The position numbers and the translations under genes are program-made. From NCBI GenBank assembly GCA_965222605.1, contig OZ244960.1, forward strand, positions 4,704,001 to 4,768,000: 64,000 bases of DNA, given 5' to 3'. Positions 42,401 through 50,497 of this stretch are shown here, piece after piece; the stretch's first letter is position 1, and each line of letters starts with the position of its first letter. Source of the DNA: Candidatus Latescibacterota bacterium (GTDB taxonomy: Bacteria > Latescibacterota > UBA2968). The notes below the pieces were generated by a model, which saw only the letters and a program-made list of their open reading frames with translations, had not been told where the DNA came from and did not search any database.

Positions 42401-43086
42401 AGTTTGATTTCGAGGTCGCGCAATTCATCAGATAGTGTTTTATAGAGCCTGGCTTTGCGCTCTTGCCGCTGTAACGATGCGACCTGGCGTTGGATTTCTC
42501 CGAGCCAGTCTTCCATTCTCTGCAGGTCTTGTCGCACGGCAATGAGCCGATTCCACGCAGATCGTCGTCGGATTTTATACCGCGTCACACCGGCGGCTTC
42601 TTCAAAGCACCGGCGGCGTTCTTCGGCATTGTCGCTGATGATCTCATCCACCATACCCTGTTCAATAACATAAGAAGACTGCGTGCCCAGCCCGGTGTCC
42701 ATCAGCAAGTTTTGAATGTCTTTCAGGCGGCACGGAATTTTATTGAGCAGGTAGTCGCTTTCGCCGGATCGGAACAAACGGCGGGTAATGGTGACTTCGG
42801 AAAATTCGGTGGGCAAAACTTTTTTGGAATTATCGAGTGTGAGCGATACTTCGGACATACCGAGGGGTTTGCGCGAGCGCGTACCGGAAAAAATCACATC
42901 TTCCATACTGCCGCTACGCAAAGACCGGGGGCGCTGTTCGCCCAATGTCCAGCGCAGCGCATCAACCACATTGGACTTGCCACAACCATTTGGCCCCACA
43001 ATACATGTAATGCCTTTTTGGAAGGGCATGTCGAGCTTTTGAGCAAAGGACTTAAAACCCAGTGCTTGCAAACGAGTCAGGTGCAA
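39472..43086 (-). CDS. smc: Chromosome segregation protein SMC
   Basis: GPNGCGKSN Walker A, coiled coils, hinge, LSGGE and LDEVDAPLD; TTG start with AGGAGG RBS. Confidence 0.97.
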   Translation of the reverse strand: MHLTRLQALGFKSFAQKLDMPFQKGITCIVGPNGCGKSNVVDALRWTLGEQRPRSLRSGSMEDVIFSGTRSRKPLGMSEVSLTLDNSKKVLPTEFSEVTITRRLFRSGESDYLLNKIPCRLKDIQNLLMDTGLGTQSSYVIEQGMVDEIISDNAEERRRCFEEAAGVTRYKIRRRSAWNRLIAVRQDLQRMEDWLGEIQRQVASLQRQERKARLYKTLSDELRDLEIKLARFQYFDLADQSGPMREEMVFLKEDIEISETNMTTLEAQLEEMRVELTDQDRALAEVNIELSQHIERVHGKDSEILVAREEVRSIQAFLERAAHQQKSLKLRLDSAQKGQIAAEQDRREAAKKLEAAEAKLEAETAKLEAEIRDLDTQRTQVDAQKSQLMNQLRQSSDQGKGLERMQAEREGIVQRQARLTQDIERVAARRQEADEIANQSAAQIAAVEGQIAQHTEERQQQIAGRDRCIAQRDEQIESRNRLRANIEADQARIALLQKLREGFEGYSKGVRALAVDSPFSNRIQGVVADMVDVNPEYVTAIEAALGRALECLIVRNTDDARWAIDFLRQGEHGAAAFLPLERVISTNGTPCEVPKGEGIVGLASDLLNPQRDVHGAVSALLRHTLIVSDAQTALVHSGDLHAKGAEIVTLSGEVFSADGTVYGGADATSESGLIGRQQQIDDLQSAIKSAQSKLKTRETQVARTLKTLDKHLAQIEACDNALADLHNRRAGLQRDRQNAETEAKRQARAVTELDQETSQLAERESELMHLISQAEEEQTKLDAKRETLEDIVRRADEDLREKENQRRVLQDGVAAVRVEIASLKERIESLAHEAVRQGREHEAISREIERLSAEADESQDRKREREESIGTASGELEVLHKQQSHIEHKRDAQARRQHEIVMAARAIEEKLREKNRRTTQHRERLSELQVAMAHIKERGEGIIERLKRDYEVAIAEQGRFRDPEFNADMAEKKTHELQERMRRMGSVNLAALEEYEVQKERLEFLTQQRDDLLEAEEIVKRTITRIDRTARQRFLNTFGSIRENFQNTFQEFFEGGEADLTMPPEEDPLEAPIIITARPWGKRLQSINLLSGGERALTAIALLFAIYLVKPSPFCVLDEVDAPLDDANIARFVKVIKKFSEQSQFIVVTHNRGTMESGEILHGVTMEEPGVSRLVSVKMSNNSENQVNDIASFAEAVAQPADDD

Positions 43087-43287
43087 TGAAAACCTCCTAC
43101 TCGAATTCTTCTAAGAGCATAAGACGCGAAAGAACAAGGGGATATGGTAATACAAATCAGGATCCCCGTGTGTCAAAACCCGATGGGGAAAAATAGGGGA
43201 TGCACTTTTGGACCGCATTTATACACAGCAGTCTGGGGAGATTTGGGGGACTACATTTTGTGGAGGGGAAGGCTGTTATATGTCGCT

Positions 43288-43316
43288 ATAATACTATATC
43301 TTGTGGCAGTCGTCAA
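43288..43316 (-). promoter_or_regulatory. Sigma70 promoter for smc
   Basis: TTGACG-N17-TATTAT. Confidence 0.6.
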
Positions 43317-43327
43317 GGGTAAAAAAT

Positions 43328-43353
43328 GGGGGTGGTGCCCCCGTGCCCGCCCG
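43328..43353. repeat. REP-like GC-rich palindrome remnant
   Basis: GGGGGTGGTGCCCCCGTGCCCGCCCG between divergent promoters; single copy in the window. Confidence 0.35.
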
Positions 43354-43383
43354 TTGGAGGTGCGGAGTGGGGTTCTTTGGCGA

Positions 43384-43412
43384 TTGACATTATATTAGAG
43401 TCAGTCTAATTT
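43384..43412 (+). promoter_or_regulatory. Sigma70 promoter
   Basis: TTGACA-N17-TAATTT. Confidence 0.6.
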
Positions 43413-43464
43413 AAGCAGGGCGTTTCTTACCTGTGCGACATTTTCTTAAAAACAGGAGTTTTTT

Positions 43465-44595
43465 ATGCCGAATTTACACGGTGAAAAAATTGTTCGGATT
43501 GAAAAAGTGGTTATGAAATTTAAGCGGCCCCGCTTGATCGGACGCAATGCGCGTATTGGCGTTCACGGGGATGTGGTGACGGATCCCGTGGTTCGCATTC
43601 ATACAAGTAGCGGTGCTATTGGCGTTGGGTGGTCGCGGTTGGGTCGGGAAGAAGCCGAGGTATTGGTGGGCAAAACTGTGGGGGATGTGTTCCAATTGCC
43701 GGGGGGATCAAACGAAGCTGGAACAGCGATTGATTTGCCTCTGTGGGATTTGGCGGCCAAATTATCGGACCAGCCATTGTACAAACTCCTGGGTGCTCGG
43801 GGGGCGCGTGCGGTCGAGTTGTACGATGGCTCGGTTTATATAGACGATCTGGATGCTTCGGACGAAGAGGCCGTGGAGATATTTCGGGAAGAAGTCAAGA
43901 CCGGACACGATTACGGGTATAAAAATTTTAAAATTAAAATTGGTCGCGGCGCGCGATGGATGCCCGTTACAGAAGGTACAGATCGAGATGTTCTGGTTAT
44001 TCACACTGTTCGGGAAGCCGCTGGTGAAGATGCAAAAATACTCGTTGATGCAAATAATGGTACGACGCTCAATATTGCCAAGGACATTCTTGAGCGTTGT
44101 GAAGATGTGGGGATTTACTGGTTTGAAGAACCGTTTCCCGAAGATGGAGCTTTTAACGAAGATTTCAAGCAATTTATCATCGAAAAAGGATACGGTACCC
44201 TCGTAGCAGATGGGGAATCAGGTCCTCCGCCTCCCAGTTATTTTGATATGGTCAAAAGGGGATGGATCGATGTGGTACAACACGATTTTCGCGCCAAGGG
44301 GCTTACGTGGTGGCGCGAGACTGCCGCGATGATTGAACCGTGGGGCGGCCAATGTGCTCCTCATTGCTGGGGTAGCTTGATCGAGCGCTATGCCCATGCG
44401 CATTTTGCCGCTTCAGTCCCCCATTTCTCGCTTCAAGAAGCCGCTCCCGCAGATATGCCGGGCATTGTGCTGGATGGCTGGCAGATGCAGGATGGATGTT
44501 TGATTGTGCCAGATACGCCGGGCACGGGATTTGACCTCGAGGCAGATGTGATTGAAGAGGGCGTGAAACGAGAAGATGGGTTCAGGGTTGGATAA
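43465..44595 (+). CDS. Mandelate racemase/enolase-superfamily enzyme
   Basis: LWDLAAK...PLYKLLG, FKIKIG, LVDAN, WFEEP and ADGE motifs. Confidence 0.9.
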   Translation: MPNLHGEKIVRIEKVVMKFKRPRLIGRNARIGVHGDVVTDPVVRIHTSSGAIGVGWSRLGREEAEVLVGKTVGDVFQLPGGSNEAGTAIDLPLWDLAAKLSDQPLYKLLGARGARAVELYDGSVYIDDLDASDEEAVEIFREEVKTGHDYGYKNFKIKIGRGARWMPVTEGTDRDVLVIHTVREAAGEDAKILVDANNGTTLNIAKDILERCEDVGIYWFEEPFPEDGAFNEDFKQFIIEKGYGTLVADGESGPPPPSYFDMVKRGWIDVVQHDFRAKGLTWWRETAAMIEPWGGQCAPHCWGSLIERYAHAHFAASVPHFSLQEAAPADMPGIVLDGWQMQDGCLIVPDTPGTGFDLEADVIEEGVKREDGFRVG

Positions 44596-44601
44596 TGAGC
44601 T

Positions 44602-46413
44602 ATGAACAAAGAATCGGGAACACTTGAAGAATTGCTGAACACACGCGTGGTTCTTGAACTGAAGAAGCTCGCGCGTTTGTTAACCGGCGTGAAACTGCCC
44701 ACGCGCAAGGCGGATATTATTGCTATTATTGTGCATGAGATGACCGAATACACACGCGATTATTGGGATATGCTGGATGATCTGCAACAAAAAGCCGTGG
44801 CAGAAGCACTTTACGCGCCGTGGTTTGACGAAGAAGGATTTTGCGCCAAATATGGCGCAGAGCCAGATTGGGGAGATACGCCCCGTTGGTCCCAATATAT
44901 TCATGAGCCATCGCTGCTCAACCTGTTTATTCTAAGTGGCAGCCGCTATGGTTATTACGGCGGTCAAAAGGTGGTGCCCGATGATTTGAAAGTTATATTA
45001 AAAAAATTTGTGCCCAGGTCGCCGCCTGCAAAATTGTGCGTTGAAACAGAACGCCCGGAACATGTAGAAATTCCCCAGTATAATTTTTTGACGAGTAAAG
45101 AAAAAATAAAACAAATTCCGCTTTATCACGCCGATACCGAGCAAACAGCACAGGAAGATCTGGTGTCGGTATTGCGGTTGGTTGATGCGGGAAAAGTGCG
45201 GGTGAGTGAGCGCACCGGACGGCCATCAGCAGCCACTGTTCGCATCATTGGCGAGGCCCTTTGGGGTGGTGATTTTTATCCAGACCGCGAAAAGCGCGAC
45301 AAATGGGAAGAATTGCCGGGACCGATTAAAGCTCATGCGTGGCCGATGCTAATTCACGCGGCAAAGTTGGTGCGTTTGAAAAGCGGCAAGTTGCACTTGA
45401 CGCCTGCGGGGCGAAAGGCATTGGCCGCGCCACCTCACGAAATAATTAAGACGCTGTGGCAGGTGTGGCTCAAAAATGCAAAGACAGATGAGTTGCAACG
45501 GGTAAGTGCCATTCGCGGGCAGACCACTGTGGATGGGAAATCGGGCCTGACATCTCCGGTAAAGCGACGCGATGTGATTGTCAAAGCACTCAGAGCATGC
45601 CCTGTCGAAAAGTGGTTCGGTTTTGATGCCTTTTGCAATTTTATGCGTGCGGCGAGCTATTTGCTAATTGTGTCAGATGAGCCGTGGGAACTTTATATTC
45701 AAGATGAGTATGGGCATTTGACCGATGGCTGGGGGTTGTTGGCTTCTCAATATACACAGGTCTTGCTTTTTGAATATGCCGCGACATTGGGGCTTATAGA
45801 TGTGGCCTATATCGATCCGGTGGATGCGCCCTTAGATGTAGATTCCGCGCCAGATATTGATTTTTTAAGTCGCTATGATGGGTTGATGTATTTGCGTATC
45901 AATGCGTTGGGGGCTTTTGGTTTGGGGCGGAAGCGGTCTTATAAGCCTTCGAAAGTGGAGATTGAACATGTGCTCAAAGTGTTGCCCAATTTCGATGTGG
46001 TCGCATTCAAGCCCTTGCCTTTGGGCGATCAACTTGCACTGGAACAATTCGCCGACAAGACTGCTGACAGCGTGTGGACCATTCGGCCCGAACGGATGCT
46101 CAAAGGTCTGGAGAGTGGGCAATCACTCGACCACATGCAGTCATTTCTGAAGCACAAAAGCGGTGAGGATTTGCCTCAGCCTGTGGCTGTGCTATTTGAC
46201 GATATGGCCGATAAAGTATCGCGTTTGAGTGCGAAAGGCACGGCGCATTTGGTTGAGGTGACAGATGCTGAGACCGCACAGTTTCTCGCACATGACCGAG
46301 GCGTGAGCAAACACTGCTATCTGGCCGGTGACCGCCAACTTGTCGTGCCGGAAAAATCTCTGACAGCATTTCGCAATGCACTGAGGAAAATTGGATATAT
46401 ATTGCCGAAGTGA
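44602..46413 (+). CDS. Helicase-associated domain protein (XPB-partner / Helicase_C_3-like)
   Basis: C-terminal VLPNFDV...LEQFAD...FLKHKSGEDLPQPV...FRNALRKIGY pattern; no Walker motifs. Confidence 0.7.
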   Translation: MNKESGTLEELLNTRVVLELKKLARLLTGVKLPTRKADIIAIIVHEMTEYTRDYWDMLDDLQQKAVAEALYAPWFDEEGFCAKYGAEPDWGDTPRWSQYIHEPSLLNLFILSGSRYGYYGGQKVVPDDLKVILKKFVPRSPPAKLCVETERPEHVEIPQYNFLTSKEKIKQIPLYHADTEQTAQEDLVSVLRLVDAGKVRVSERTGRPSAATVRIIGEALWGGDFYPDREKRDKWEELPGPIKAHAWPMLIHAAKLVRLKSGKLHLTPAGRKALAAPPHEIIKTLWQVWLKNAKTDELQRVSAIRGQTTVDGKSGLTSPVKRRDVIVKALRACPVEKWFGFDAFCNFMRAASYLLIVSDEPWELYIQDEYGHLTDGWGLLASQYTQVLLFEYAATLGLIDVAYIDPVDAPLDVDSAPDIDFLSRYDGLMYLRINALGAFGLGRKRSYKPSKVEIEHVLKVLPNFDVVAFKPLPLGDQLALEQFADKTADSVWTIRPERMLKGLESGQSLDHMQSFLKHKSGEDLPQPVAVLFDDMADKVSRLSAKGTAHLVEVTDAETAQFLAHDRGVSKHCYLAGDRQLVVPEKSLTAFRNALRKIGYILPK

Positions 46414-46459
46414 AGATATACAAGCGGCAGACTGGTGTGACCGCTGGAGTGATTGAGAT

Positions 46460-46780
46460 ATGAATGTAAAAATAAAATCTGTTCTCGATATATTGCGTCA
46501 TCAATTTGAAATACTTTATGGTGATCGACTGGCGCACATGGTTTTATTTGGTTCGCGTGCCCGCGGCGATGCAGAATCCGATTCAGATATTGATGTGCTT
46601 GTTGTATTCCATGGACCTGTAAATGCTGGTGAGGAAATCAAGCGAACCGGTGGGATTGTGTCCGATCTTTGTTTAGAATATGAAGTAGTGATCAGTTGTG
46701 TGTTCATGGATCGCTATCGCTATAAAAACAAACAAGGACCACTACTTCGAAATATCCGCAAAGAAGGCGTTGCGTTATGA
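46460..46780 (+). CDS. Minimal nucleotidyltransferase (MNT/MntA-type antitoxin), orphan
   Basis: LFGSRARGDAESDSDIDVLVV and terminal NIRKEGVAL. Confidence 0.9.
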   Translation: MNVKIKSVLDILRHQFEILYGDRLAHMVLFGSRARGDAESDSDIDVLVVFHGPVNAGEEIKRTGGIVSDLCLEYEVVISCVFMDRYRYKNKQGPLLRNIRKEGVAL

Positions 46781-46793
46781 AGGAGGTATAGAC

Positions 46794-47825
46794 ATGACAT
46801 TTCCAGGATCAGAATGGGAGATGAGACCGCCCGGCGATCTCGGGTTTGACGGGGAGAAACTCGCACGGGTGCAGAGGTGGCTGCTCGAGGTGGCGGGTGA
46901 CAGGCCCTTTCAGGTGGGGATTGCGCGTTACGGGTATCTCGCAGCAGAGTGGCGGCAAGGTGTCGCGGCGGATTCGATGCACTCGCAGGCGTCTGCAGCA
47001 AAGTCGTATTATTCGACGCTTCTGGGCATTGTGGTAGCGGAAGGCAAGTTGTCTTCGCCAGATGAAAGAGTTGTTGATTACTTCCCTGAGATGATGGATG
47101 TGGGGGAGCAGGAGGGTCCAAAGCCCGGGCGGTATGCGTTTGAAAAAGATCGCGATGTTACCTTTCGACATTTGATATGCAATGTGTCGGGCTATATGAA
47201 GCCGGGGGAGAAACCGGGCGAGGTTTTTCACTATCAGACTTATGGGATGAATATTCTCACCCACGCAATGGCTAAAATTTACGGGTGTTACGATGCAAAT
47301 GATCCCGAGGGTTCACCGGGATGTGGGAAGGTGATAGGAGAAAAGTTGCGCGATCCAATTCGCGGGACCTGGACGCATTCGCATTCCAATTTTGATCTGT
47401 GGCCCAGTGCGAGATTAAATATCTTCGGGTATTACACGCAGGTGCATACCACATTGCGAGATCAATTGCGGGTGGGACATTTGTGGGGCAATTACGGCAA
47501 TTGGAATGGGGTTCAGGTTGCGCCGGAAAATTACTTGCGCGAGGCAACGGTGACGAATGATTTTATTCTGGAAAACGAACCCGAAGAGAACTGGAAATAC
47601 GGGCACGGGTTCTGGTGCAATGACCGCGGGATGCAGTGGAAAGATGCACCGAGAGACTCTTTTGCCGCATCGGGCGCAGGTGCGAAGCATATTTGGATGT
47701 GCCCGCGATTGGGGCTGGTCATCGCGCAAAATCCAGGGCTGTGGGATCAGTTCAGGGAAGAGCAAGATAAGATCGGGAGCCAGAATGAGGTGATTGCGCG
47801 AATTGTGAATGCGGTGAAAGAATAG
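46794..47825 (+). CDS. Serine hydrolase, beta-lactamase/NylB family
   Basis: SAAK (SxxK), TFRHL, PGEVFHY and YGHGFW motifs; AGGAGG RBS. Confidence 0.85.
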   Translation: MTFPGSEWEMRPPGDLGFDGEKLARVQRWLLEVAGDRPFQVGIARYGYLAAEWRQGVAADSMHSQASAAKSYYSTLLGIVVAEGKLSSPDERVVDYFPEMMDVGEQEGPKPGRYAFEKDRDVTFRHLICNVSGYMKPGEKPGEVFHYQTYGMNILTHAMAKIYGCYDANDPEGSPGCGKVIGEKLRDPIRGTWTHSHSNFDLWPSARLNIFGYYTQVHTTLRDQLRVGHLWGNYGNWNGVQVAPENYLREATVTNDFILENEPEENWKYGHGFWCNDRGMQWKDAPRDSFAASGAGAKHIWMCPRLGLVIAQNPGLWDQFREEQDKIGSQNEVIARIVNAVKE

Positions 47826-47838
47826 AGAGGAGCCAAAG

Positions 47839-49161
47839 ATGGATGCAAAAACCAAAAAATTACAGGTCGATCAGGCTGTGAAATCTCAATCGCGGCGGGC
47901 GTTTAATCTGTCGCGGAGTATTCACGGCTGGGCTGAGCGACCGTTTCAGGAATACGAGTCGTCGAAGGCATTGGCGGCGTATTTGGAGGAAAACGGATTT
48001 CAAATTGAATTTCCGTTCAAAAATATCCCGACGGCTTTTCGCGCTATATGGGGCACGGGCAAACCCACTATTGGCATGTTGGGCGAGTACGATGCATTGC
48101 CCAATTGCGGTGCCGAGGAGGGTACCTGGGGCCACGGCTGAGGTCACAATCTTTTGGGCGTTGCCCCGGCCGCAGGTGCGGTTGCTGCAAAAACAGTGTT
48201 GGAAAATTTGAATTCGCCCGGCCAGATCATTTATTATGGCTGTCCGGCTGAAGAAACCCTGGCGGGCAAGGTGTATATGGCCCGCGATGGCGCGTTTCGA
48301 GATTTGGATGCGGTGCTGGCATGGCATCCGGGATCGAGTACGGGCGTCAACAATTATGGCGGCTCGTCACTGGATTCGCTGGTCTATGAGTTTTTTGGCA
48401 AGACGTCTCACGGCGCGAGTGCTCACAATGGGCGCAGTGCATTGGATGGGGTGATGTTGATGGATGTTGCGGCGAATTATTTGCGCGAGCACGTTCCCGA
48501 AAATGTGCGTATCCACTGCGTGATTCGAGAGGGTGGGGACGCGCCCAATGTGGTTCCTGCCTATGCGAAGGTGTGGTACTATGTGCGGGGGAAGGATCGC
48601 GCACAGGTCAATGAGATACGCAAGCGATTGACCAAATGCGCTAAGGGTGCGGCGATAGCCACGGAGACGACTATGAAATGGCATCGGATTACGGCAGTGT
48701 ACCCGCGCTTACCAAATGATGTCATGTGCAAAGCCGTGAGCCAAAATCTCAAATTATTCGGCCCGCCGCGCGCGTCGAAAAAAGATAAGGAACGGGTGCA
48801 GGCACTGGGATACAAAGGTGAATTTGACGGAAAGATCAAAAAGGGCAAGGGGTCACAGGGGCGCGGGTCTTCGGATGAAGACAATGTGTCGTGGCTGGCA
48901 CCGATGGGTCGGTTTCAGATGGTGTGTTATACTAAAGACACGCCGGGCCATCACCGCGATATGACCGCACAGGCGGTAATGCCTTATGCCGAGCGCGCGG
49001 TTTTGCAAACGGCCAAGGTGTTTGCCGGGTCGGCTATTGATCTGATTTTGGATAAAAAGTTGTTACAAGCAGCGCGTGCGGAATTTAAGAAGGGGACGAA
49101 GGGGTTTAATTACGATCCGCTGATTAAAAAAAATCAGAAGGTCCCCGTTGACCCTCCGTAG
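47839..49161 (+). CDS. M20D amidohydrolase (AbgB-like), 440 aa with in-frame TGA at codon 101 (probable selenocysteine)
   Basis: ORFs 47839-48141 and 48154-49161 are in the same frame. Read-through gives GEYDALP...WGHG[TGA]GHNLLG...GCPAEE...WHP...GRSALD...APNVVP, with TGA at the H-x-C-G-H Cys position. Confidence 0.85.
48161..48190 (+). promoter_or_regulatory. Candidate bacterial SECIS hairpin
   Basis: TTGC-cc-CGGCCGC-[AGGT]-GCGGTTG-ct-GCAA, starting 20 nt after the in-frame TGA. Confidence 0.55.
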
Positions 49162-49174
49162 AAGGAGAAAAGAT

Positions 49175-50167
49175 ATGAAAGCAGAAAGATTAATATGTAC
49201 AGATATCCGGCGGATTGAATTGGAGAGCTTTGATTTGCCGCGCGTGCCAAACCACGGTGTTTTGGTGCAAAACGATTATACCGCTGTGAGCGTTGGCACG
49301 GAAATTTACAATTATGCACACGGGGGTGAACCGTCGCGTGCGAGAACATTTCCGCAGCCAACGGGATATTGCAACACGGGTGTGGTGCTCGAGGTGGGCA
49401 AAGATGTGAAGGGGATCAAACCCGGTGATCGCATTGCCGCGCAGGGCAATCACGCCAGTCATGCGGTCATAAGCGGGAATTTTTTCAAAGCTCCTGAAGG
49501 CGTTTCGCCCAGGTCCGCTGCTTTTATGGTTATGTGTGCTATTGCCATGCACGGGCACCGGGTTGGTCGTCCAGAATTGGGCGAGGCTGTGGCAATTACT
49601 GGTATGGGTATTGTGGGGCAATTGGCAGCGACCTTTGCGCGGCTGGCTGGCGCGCTCCCGGTTATTGCGATTGATCTGGATGATTTCCGGTTGGGTAAAG
49701 CCGGGGACCGGGGGGCAGATGTTTGTATTAATCCCAATGCTGAAGGGGATGTCGCCGAAGCATTGCGCCAGCATTGCGTGGGAGATGGTGCCGATCTGGT
49801 CGTTGAAGCAACGGGCATTTCCTCAGTTTATCCCATGGCGTTGACCTTGCCGCGGTTGGGTGGCCGTCTGGTCGCGCTGGGATCTCCACGGGGTACTGTG
49901 GAAGTGAGTTTTTTGCCCGAGATTCACTTGCGCGAGATCACGATTCTGGGCGCGCACCAGCCCAAAACGCCGGATAATGACCATATTTATTATCCCTGGA
50001 GCAAGCGCAGAGATCGCGAGTTGGTTTTGCGTTTGATGGCTGCGGGCAAATTGCCCATTGAAGATTTAATTACCCATGTCGCCAATCCCGCCGATTGCCA
50101 GGCCACCTACGACATGCTCGCCGATAATCCGAGAGAAGTGTTGGGGGTGGTATTTGAATGGGCGTGA
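49175..50167 (+). CDS. Zn-binding/MDR-family dehydrogenase
   Basis: VSVGTE, GYCNTGVV, GMGIVG and VEATG motifs; AAGGAG RBS. Confidence 0.9.
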   Translation: MKAERLICTDIRRIELESFDLPRVPNHGVLVQNDYTAVSVGTEIYNYAHGGEPSRARTFPQPTGYCNTGVVLEVGKDVKGIKPGDRIAAQGNHASHAVISGNFFKAPEGVSPRSAAFMVMCAIAMHGHRVGRPELGEAVAITGMGIVGQLAATFARLAGALPVIAIDLDDFRLGKAGDRGADVCINPNAEGDVAEALRQHCVGDGADLVVEATGISSVYPMALTLPRLGGRLVALGSPRGTVEVSFLPEIHLREITILGAHQPKTPDNDHIYYPWSKRRDRELVLRLMAAGKLPIEDLITHVANPADCQATYDMLADNPREVLGVVFEWA

Positions 50168-50185
50168 ACCCGCCTGCTAAAATTA

Positions 50186-50228
50186 AAATCCCCATCAGAT
50201 ATGATTCTGATGGGGATTTCTACTTATG
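50186..50228. repeat. 43-bp palindromic repeat, copy 1 (terminator-like)
   Basis: AAATCCCCATCAGA-tatgat-TCTGATGGGGATTT + CTACTTATG. Confidence 0.85.
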
Positions 50229-50264
50229 TGCATAGACAAGCAGGTTGGTGTCAATGGCAAACAT
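50220..50264 (-). pseudogene. Truncated VapC/PIN toxin (14 codons)
   Basis: MFAIDTNLLVYAHK* matches the PIN N-terminal DTN motif. It starts 2 bp after the antitoxin stop, and its stop codon lies inside the repeat. Confidence 0.8.
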
Positions 50265-50266
50265 AA

Positions 50267-50470
50267 TCAGTTTATTCGTTCGTTATACAGTTGATCGCGA
50301 TCTGCATGAACCTCTGCACCCAGGCTGAATTTACGCACGGTGAACATTTTTTTTGGTGCAGGCGAGGTTGTCTCTATGTCCTTCTTCAGAGACTGGAGAA
50401 GGAGCTCAATCAAATGGAGACGCTCTTCGACTGATGCCTCTTGAATTTCCCGAAGCGTTAGGCGTAGCAT
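50267..50470 (-). CDS. Antitoxin-like protein (partner of the truncated VapC)
   Basis: 67 aa, SVEERLHLIELLLQSL...DRDQLYNER; directly upstream of the PIN stub. Confidence 0.7.
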   Translation of the reverse strand: MLRLTLREIQEASVEERLHLIELLLQSLKKDIETTSPAPKKMFTVRKFSLGAEVHADRDQLYNERIN

Positions 50471-50497
50471 TTGGATGGATTTAACCCCTGAAAAAAT

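Noticed and set aside
47839-48141. 100-aa ORF plus separate 335-aa ORF read as a natural two-subunit enzyme
   Set aside because: The split falls exactly on the metal-ligand codon, the frame is continuous, and the second ORF lacks an RBS. Read-through or a nonsense mutation explains it better.
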